DNA of 56,939 nt from the NCBI GenBank assembly GCA_021443885.1, contig JABUSW010000194.1:1-56939 (forward strand), given 5' to 3'. This DNA comes from Blautia sp. (GTDB lineage: Bacteria; Bacillota; Clostridia; Lachnospirales; Lachnospiraceae). The notes under the pieces were generated by a model. It searched no databases. It saw only the letters and a program-made list of their open reading frames with translations, and was not told the origin of the DNA. Of this stretch, positions 51,179 through 56,939 are shown in pieces (position 1 is the stretch's first letter; every line of letters begins with the position of its first letter). The translations under genes and the position numbers were made by a program.

Positions 51179-53443
51179 TTATTCCAGCCCTGCCTCTTCG
51201 TTGGTGATCCCTTCGCTTTCCATATCGTTTCCCACGATGGGATCAGAATTGTCCTCCAGCGGACCGGGCACGCTTGTGTCGGATACCGCTTCCGGCAGCC
51301 CATCGTCTCCTCCTGTACCATCCAGGTTCGTCGACTTCACCGGCTGGCCATCATCATTAAAGATACGATTGCCGGAATCGTCTACCAGATATCCCTTTTC
51401 ATCGATTCGATTGCCATCCCAGTCAATGAGATTTCCCTCTCCATCAACAAGGCGTCCATTCTCATCCACTTCGCTTCCTGCAACACTCTTAAGATGGCCG
51501 CTGAAGCCTTCCCAAAGTTCTGTTTCCGGGAGATATCCATCCGTGATCTCATCCGGCATGATATTCATGTATGGAAGCAGTTCCGATAAAATACCCTGGG
51601 CAATATACTGTGCGAATTTACTATCGGCCTGGTCAAGGGCATTGGGTTCATCTACTACAACATAAATAACGACCTGCGGATCCGGGACCGGTGCAAACCC
51701 GATGAAGGATACCAGATATTTCTTATTTCCCCGGGGAAGCTTTTCTGCCGTTCCTGTTTTACCTCCGCTGCTGTAACCGTAGATCTTCGTATATCTGGAG
51801 GTTCCTTCCTCAACGGACAACTGCATATACTTACGAATATTTGCAGATATGCCGGAAGAAATCGTCTGCTTCAAAAGCGTTGGCGAATAGGACTTGATCA
51901 CACCGCCTTCGGAATCCTTGATTTTGGAAACAATATGCGGCTGATAATAATACCCGCCATTGACAACCGAGCACATGGCATTGATCTCCTGGATCATGGT
52001 ACAGGTAAATCCCTGTCCAAAGGAAGAGCAGGCGAGCTCTGTCTCTCCCATGGTATCCGTTGTATGAATGATACCGGAGCCTTCATTTGGCAGATCGATA
52101 CCGGTTCTGGTTCCGAAATTGAACTGTGTCTGAGATTTGATAAACTGGTCCGCTCCCATGCTGGCCGCAATCTGCATCATGCCATCATTGCAGGAATTGG
52201 CAATGACCTCTGCCAGGGTCTCAACCCCATGGGCATTGGGATAAGCCGCACATTTGACCATAGTATCACCGGCTGCGCCAAAAATCTGAAATCCATCACA
52301 ATCGAACATGTCGGAAGGTAGAATCTTTCCCTTATTCAAGGCTGCTGACATTACGATGGGTTTTACTACCGATCCCGGTTCATATGCATCTGTAATGCAG
52401 AAATTATTCCACATTGCATTCAAGGCTTCCACCGTTTCTTCATCATTCATTGCCTTGATCTCTTTCTCTGAATAGAGATTAGACAAATCACGAGGCGTGT
52501 TCAGATCATATCGGTCTCCGCCATCCATCGCCAATATCTCGCCTGTGTTCGGATCCTCTACGATAACTCCCACGTTTTTGGCGCCCATTTTTTCATTGAA
52601 TGCATTTACATACTTCTCTACGATCTGCTGGATACCGATATCGATGGTGGTTTCTATATTCTTTCCATTTGTAGGCTCAATAATTGTCTGTTCGATATCT
52701 GCATTGCTGTTAAAATAGCCATACTGGCGTCCATCTGCTCCTGTCAGGGTGCTGTTATAATATCCTTCTACCCCCCAGTCGGCGACGTCACGGGAAAAGG
52801 TAAATCCAATTGCATCACAAGCCGTTTCATTAAAAGGATATATGCGCAGATAGTCCTCTTCAAACCAGACGCCCTTTACATTGTTCTTCTCCTGAATCTG
52901 TTCTTTCGTAAGATTGTCTTCCTCTCCTACGGTGACATAAGCATCAAATGCTTTCTTTTCATCCATGGAAATCTGCTTCTTCAGGATCTGATACTGGCTG
53001 TTTTCTGTACTCTCCGAATCCAGCTTTGTACGGACCGTCAGTTCATCGATTCCCAAAACCTGTGTCAGCGCCCGAATCGTCGGTTCTTTGTAATCAGGAT
53101 TGGAATTTACCGCCATGCAATCCAGAATGACATTATACACCTTATTGCTTGTGGCAAGAAGATTTCCGTTCCGGTCAAAAATATCGCCTCGCTTCGCAGG
53201 CAGAACACGGCTTTCAAACTTCTGCTGTGCCTGACTCAATACCTGTTTTTTGTATTTTCTTCCGCTTACAGCATTGATATACGTTAATCTCCCCAACAAA
53301 CCGACTAAAGCCAGTAATACAATTACAAATAGCATTACCAGCTTTTTCTTCATAAAATAATTTAGCCTGTTATTCTTTTGTTTCGTACTGTGCTGTTTCT
53401 TACTCTTTGCTTTTCTGTTTCTTTCAGAGCTCAAAAATCTCAC
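51179..53443 (-). CDS. Class B penicillin-binding protein (FtsI/SpoVD family)
   Basis: PAKRGDIFDRNG, YEPGSVVK (SxxK), SCN and KTGTAEK motifs; follows ftsL. Confidence 0.92.
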   Translation of the reverse strand: MRFLSSERNRKAKSKKQHSTKQKNNRLNYFMKKKLVMLFVIVLLALVGLLGRLTYINAVSGRKYKKQVLSQAQQKFESRVLPAKRGDIFDRNGNLLATSNKVYNVILDCMAVNSNPDYKEPTIRALTQVLGIDELTVRTKLDSESTENSQYQILKKQISMDEKKAFDAYVTVGEEDNLTKEQIQEKNNVKGVWFEEDYLRIYPFNETACDAIGFTFSRDVADWGVEGYYNSTLTGADGRQYGYFNSNADIEQTIIEPTNGKNIETTIDIGIQQIVEKYVNAFNEKMGAKNVGVIVEDPNTGEILAMDGGDRYDLNTPRDLSNLYSEKEIKAMNDEETVEALNAMWNNFCITDAYEPGSVVKPIVMSAALNKGKILPSDMFDCDGFQIFGAAGDTMVKCAAYPNAHGVETLAEVIANSCNDGMMQIAASMGADQFIKSQTQFNFGTRTGIDLPNEGSGIIHTTDTMGETELACSSFGQGFTCTMIQEINAMCSVVNGGYYYQPHIVSKIKDSEGGVIKSYSPTLLKQTISSGISANIRKYMQLSVEEGTSRYTKIYGYSSGGKTGTAEKLPRGNKKYLVSFIGFAPVPDPQVVIYVVVDEPNALDQADSKFAQYIAQGILSELLPYMNIMPDEITDGYLPETELWEGFSGHLKSVAGSEVDENGRLVDGEGNLIDWDGNRIDEKGYLVDDSGNRIFNDDGQPVKSTNLDGTGGDDGLPEAVSDTSVPGPLEDNSDPIVGNDMESEGITNEEAGLE

Positions 53444-54028
53444 CTACTTTGCATCTGGCACATCCTGATACTGTCTTACATAACTGCCCACCACGGTCTG
53501 ATAATCCACGGTCTGGCCTTCATCGGGAAATTTCATTCCGAGACGGCCAATCGCGATCTTCCGTATGCGGCTGATATCCACATTGGAAGTAACCTGGCTT
53601 TCGTATGCATCATTGTCCTCACGGATGCTTGTCAGCTCAGACTCCAACTGTGCAATCTGCTTCATACTGCTGGTTATTTCCGATTTCAACTGAAGATAAT
53701 ACACGCAAGCAAACAAAATTGCAACAGAAATCACTGACAAAAACAACACGAAGCCCTTCCCCATACTCAGTGCTTTTTCACGATTACGGCGTGCAGCTTC
53801 ACTTGGTTCCCGTGACGAATTCGCATTTGCAGCGTTCCGTTGTACCGGCCTTGCAGACCTTCTTTTCTTTCCCGGAAATTCTTCAGAGTCATAATCCGGA
53901 AGCTCCTGTAATCTGCGTACAGCATTTCCTTCCATATACACACGGTTCATGTCATACTGATAACGTTCTTCATTTAGTATTCTGGCATTATTCGGATATC
54001 TCCTTGTCTGCTGTCTGTTGTTCGCCAT
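53444..54028 (-). CDS. ftsL: FtsL-like cell division protein
   Basis: Single TM, coiled coil and IRKIAIGRLGM motif; located between rsmH and the PBP gene. Confidence 0.75.
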   Translation of the reverse strand: MANNRQQTRRYPNNARILNEERYQYDMNRVYMEGNAVRRLQELPDYDSEEFPGKKRRSARPVQRNAANANSSREPSEAARRNREKALSMGKGFVLFLSVISVAILFACVYYLQLKSEITSSMKQIAQLESELTSIREDNDAYESQVTSNVDISRIRKIAIGRLGMKFPDEGQTVDYQTVVGSYVRQYQDVPDAK

Positions 54029-54047
54029 GACCCGTCTCCCCTCTTAT

Positions 54048-54980
54048 TCAGCTGCGCTCAAAGATTCTTAACTTAGCACTTTTTGATCTTGGATTCTCCT
54101 CCATCTCCAAAGATGAAGGCAAAATCGGTTTTTTTGTAACAACTCTCCCCTTGGACTCCTGTCCGCATACACACATCGGAAACTCCCTTGGACATGTGCA
54201 GGGATTTTCATTCTTTCGAAAAATCGTCTTAACGATGCGATCCTCAAGAGAATGAAAGGTTATGACACACAGCCGCCCTCCATCATTCAGACTGTCGATC
54301 ATATCATCCAGGGAGTCTCTTAATACCTCCAGTTCCCGATTCAATTCAATGCGAATCGCCTGGAATGTCCTTTTAGCGGGATGCCCGCCGCTTACCTGCA
54401 TTTTCATAGGGATGGCACGGCGTATGATCTCTGTCAGTTCGTCGGTCGTACGAATCGGCTCCTTCTGCCTTGCCATCACAATGTGCTTTGCAATGTTTTT
54501 TGCAAATTTATCTTCTCCGTAATCACGAATGATCCGGTATAATTCTTTCTCATCATAACCGTTTACGATATCCGCCGCGGTCATGGATTGTCTCTGGTCC
54601 ATACGCATATCCAGCGGTGCGGATACACGATAGGTAAAACCTCTTTCTTCATTATCCAGCTGGTAAGAAGACACGCCCAGATCCAACAGAATCCCGTCAA
54701 CTTTATCGATTCCGCGGTTTTTCAGCTCCTGGACCATGTAACAATAATTGCTGCGAATGATGGTGGCCCGGGTAAACTGTCCCAACCTTGCACTCGCAGC
54801 AATTATTGCATCCTGGTCTTGATCTATGCCAATAAATCTCCCCTTGGCAGAAAGCTTTTTGCACACTTCAAAAGCGTGTCCCGCGCCTCCTAAAGTTCCA
54901 TCCACGTAGATTCCGTCAGGCTTTACCCGCAAGCCATCTATGGTCTCTTCCAGCAATACAGATTTATGTTTGAATTCCAT
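54048..54980 (-). CDS. rsmH: 16S rRNA (cytosine-1402-N4)-methyltransferase
   Basis: [33 protein letters not shown] and [10 protein letters not shown] motifs. Confidence 0.97.
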   Translation of the reverse strand: MEFKHKSVLLEETIDGLRVKPDGIYVDGTLGGAGHAFEVCKKLSAKGRFIGIDQDQDAIIAASARLGQFTRATIIRSNYCYMVQELKNRGIDKVDGILLDLGVSSYQLDNEERGFTYRVSAPLDMRMDQRQSMTAADIVNGYDEKELYRIIRDYGEDKFAKNIAKHIVMARQKEPIRTTDELTEIIRRAIPMKMQVSGGHPAKRTFQAIRIELNRELEVLRDSLDDMIDSLNDGGRLCVITFHSLEDRIVKTIFRKNENPCTCPREFPMCVCGQESKGRVVTKKPILPSSLEMEENPRSKSAKLRIFERS

Positions 54981-55017
54981 ATCTGTCTCCTGTTTTGGAC
55001 TTCTCCCGACGTAATGC

Positions 55018-55449
55018 TCAGATAACGATACCCATATCCATCATGTTCTCAGCAATGCTGTCCATATCGTCATAATTGCAATTCTCGCTCCACTTATCTT
55101 TGCTCCATACTTCAATACGGTTCAGGTTACCTGCTAAAACCACATCTTTATCCAGACCCGCGAATTCCCGTAACGTCTGTGGTACGAGAATCCTCCCCTG
55201 CTTGTCGAACTCACATGAGGCGGCACCTGCTACAAAGTAACGTGAGAAGGCTCTTGCATTTTTGTTTGTAAGTGGTAATGTACGGAGCTTCTCTTCAAAG
55301 GTTTTCCATTCATCCATTGGATAAATGGACAGACAACCATCCAAACCCCTCGTAATGACAAACTCTTCCCCTAAGAGCTCCCTGAATTTTGAAGGTATGA
55401 TCAAACGCCCCTTCGCGTCTATTGTATGGTTATACTCTCCCATGAACAT
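55018..55449 (-). CDS. mraZ: Transcriptional regulator MraZ
   Basis: [24 protein letters not shown] and RIEVW motifs; ATG at 55449. Confidence 0.96.
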   Translation of the reverse strand: MFMGEYNHTIDAKGRLIIPSKFRELLGEEFVITRGLDGCLSIYPMDEWKTFEEKLRTLPLTNKNARAFSRYFVAGAASCEFDKQGRILVPQTLREFAGLDKDVVLAGNLNRIEVWSKDKWSENCNYDDMDSIAENMMDMGIVI

Positions 55450-55520
55450 GTTACTCACCTACTCTCTGAAGTACAATTCTCCCCTTTGTACTTCATAGTG
55501 CCACCGGGATTTTTCTGCCT

Positions 55521-55599
55521 TTTCTCCCACTTAATGACACTTTCCTTCACTTTCTACCACTTATGTTCACATTCTATACTAAAACACAAAAAAAAACAA
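55521..55599 (-). promoter_or_regulatory. dcw promoter with five MraZ-box repeats
   Basis: GTG at an exact 10-bp period (plus-strand CAC at 55528, 55538, 55548, 55558, 55568; minus strand AAGTG-like); candidate promoter TTGTTT - 17 - TAGAAT. Confidence 0.75.
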
Positions 55600-55613
55600 G
55601 AGAAAAATAAATT

Positions 55614-55645
55614 AAAAAAGGAATCTGGCCGACTTACCAGATTCC
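55614..55645 (-). terminator. Terminator after the lgt-like gene
   Basis: GGAATCTGG-N8-CCAGATTCC followed by T6 on the minus strand. Confidence 0.75.
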
Positions 55646-55650
55646 TGATC

Positions 55651-56939
55651 TCATTCATTATTGGTTTCTTCTTGTTTTATATATCCTTCCGTTTTCTCTA
55701 TGCTGTCAGACCGTTCTGTCTCTGCACGATCTTCTGCTGCATCTGCACCAGCCTCCTGTTCGGCAGCCTCCACGGTCGCTTCCGGCTCTGCATGACCTTC
55801 TGCTGCATCTGCACCAGCCTCCTGTTCGGCAGCCTCCACGGTCGCTTCCGACTCTGCATGACCTTCTGCTGCGTCTGCACCGGTCTCCTGTTCGGCAGTC
55901 TCCACGGTCGCTTCCGGCTCTGCATGGCCTTCTGCCGCATCTGCACCGGTCTCCTGCTCGACAACCTCCACGGCCGGTTCTTCCGTCTCGTTGACGGACT
56001 GTTCCATTTCAGGCACTTCGCACACCTTTGTGTCTGCCTGTTCAGAATTCTCCGGCACCGGTTCCGACTCTTTGCTGTCGTTCTGTCCCATTTCCGCATC
56101 TGCCATTGGCACTTCTCTGCCGCTGCGTTTGGCTTCCCGCTGCTCTGCTTTTCGTTTCTTCGCTTCTTTGTAGTCTTCCTCTTCCTGCAGAAGCATTTCC
56201 ACTTCCATCAGCAGCTCCTGCACAGAAACCTCTCCTTCCTCTTCCATTTTTCGTTGGGTTTCATAGAAATGCTCGCGTCTTTCTTTCCGATACTTGCTGC
56301 GTTTTTTTTCCATTCGTCTTCCGGTGATCACAGCTGTACAAAACACAAAGAACAATACTGCGGAAATAAAAACACTGACCGGAATGTTCAGTTCCGGTAT
56401 CCGAATCTTCTCTGCCCGAAACCAGGAAATGACGGTCTGTCCAAGCCCATATCCGGCCAGCGCAGACATCAGAACCTCTCCGCTAAACTTTTTTCTGCGA
56501 AATCTTGCTAATATAAACAAAAACAGCAGCAGACACCAGATACTCTCATACAAAAACAATGGATGTACCTGCACGCAGAAAACGTCATTCAAGGATACCA
56601 GATTCTCACGAATCAGTGCACTTACTTCCCCGCTTCTGACAGAGGACAACGGCATCTGCATTGCCAAAAGGGATTCCGTGTATTCCCCAATGATCTCTCT
56701 ATTAAAGAAATATCCCCATACCCCCACCGTTCTGCCAAGCAGCAGTCCCGGTGCAATGATATCTCCAATTGCAGAGAAAGAAATACGACGGATCTGGCAG
56801 TACAGCCACGCTATGAGCATCGCACCGATAAGCGCTCCATACAGCTCCGCCCCACCTCCGCGAATATTCAGGCTTTCTGCCAGGGAATTGCGGTAAATAT
56901 TCCAGTTCAGCAAAACATAACCGGCTCTGGCACCGACAA
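55651..56939 (-). CDS. lgt: Prolipoprotein diacylglyceryl transferase homologue (divergent, 5'-truncated by the window) with an acidic repeat tail
   Basis: Frame is open to the window edge (VGARAGYV); GG..LYG, FFNRE..G and HPLFLYES motifs present, but several catalytic residues are substituted. Confidence 0.75.
   Translation of the reverse strand, partial: VGARAGYVLLNWNIYRNSLAESLNIRGGGAELYGALIGAMLIAWLYCQIRRISFSAIGDIIAPGLLLGRTVGVWGYFFNREIIGEYTESLLAMQMPLSSVRSGEVSALIRENLVSLNDVFCVQVHPLFLYESIWCLLLFLFILARFRRKKFSGEVLMSALAGYGLGQTVISWFRAEKIRIPELNIPVSVFISAVLFFVFCTAVITGRRMEKKRSKYRKERREHFYETQRKMEEEGEVSVQELLMEVEMLLQEEEDYKEAKKRKAEQREAKRSGREVPMADAEMGQNDSKESEPVPENSEQADTKVCEVPEMEQSVNETEEPAVEVVEQETGADAAEGHAEPEATVETAEQETGADAAEGHAESEATVEAAEQEAGADAAEGHAEPEATVEAAEQEAGADAAEDRAETERSDSIEKTEGYIKQEETNNE
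55731..55980. repeat. 66-bp tandem repeat (~3.8 copies) encoding the 22-aa unit AEPEATVEAAEQEAGADAAEGH
   Basis: Units start at 55731, 55797, 55863 and 55929 and differ by few substitutions. Confidence 0.92.

Noticed and set aside
55731-55980. Possible CRISPR array (66-bp period)
   Set aside because: Whole units are repeated with no unique spacers, the repeat is in frame within a CDS, and no cas genes are present.
55426-56511. 361-aa Cys/Phe-rich repetitive plus-strand ORF
   Set aside because: Reverse reading of the acidic repeat tail of the lgt-like gene.

Overview
Chromosomal window from a Lachnospiraceae-like (Blautia-like) firmicute. This assignment is inferred from gene content and synteny. 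No CRISPR array, rRNA/tRNA, transposase, integrase or phage gene is visible. Left to right: (1) the promoter-proximal part of a fucose/rhamnose-type bacterial microcompartment operon (aldolase, CoA-acylating aldehyde dehydrogenase, Zn-alcohol dehydrogenase, four BMC-H shell genes); (2) cysK; (3) two NlpC/P60 cell-wall hydrolases, ddh, a DUF1002 protein and a 5'-nucleotidase; (4) a ~16 kb glutamine cluster (type III GS-asnB-pyrG, gltBD, glmS-murT-gatD); (5) rlmD, pcrA, yerC, rarA and neighbours; (6) livKHMGF; (7) L20 leader-infC-rpmI-rplT; (8) a compact dcw cluster and a divergent lgt homologue. The most notable signals are these. The same AAAGGC-hexaloop hairpin overlaps an intrinsic terminator in the leader of all three glutamine operons (ANTAR-like, apparently single-hairpin), and it stands in place of the glmS ribozyme. 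The Lgt homologue has lost several catalytic residues, and the LivK binding protein has no lipobox. The pcrA leader is highly structured. The dcw cluster lacks sporulation genes. Several exported envelope proteins share DxxG and YDDS-type repeats.
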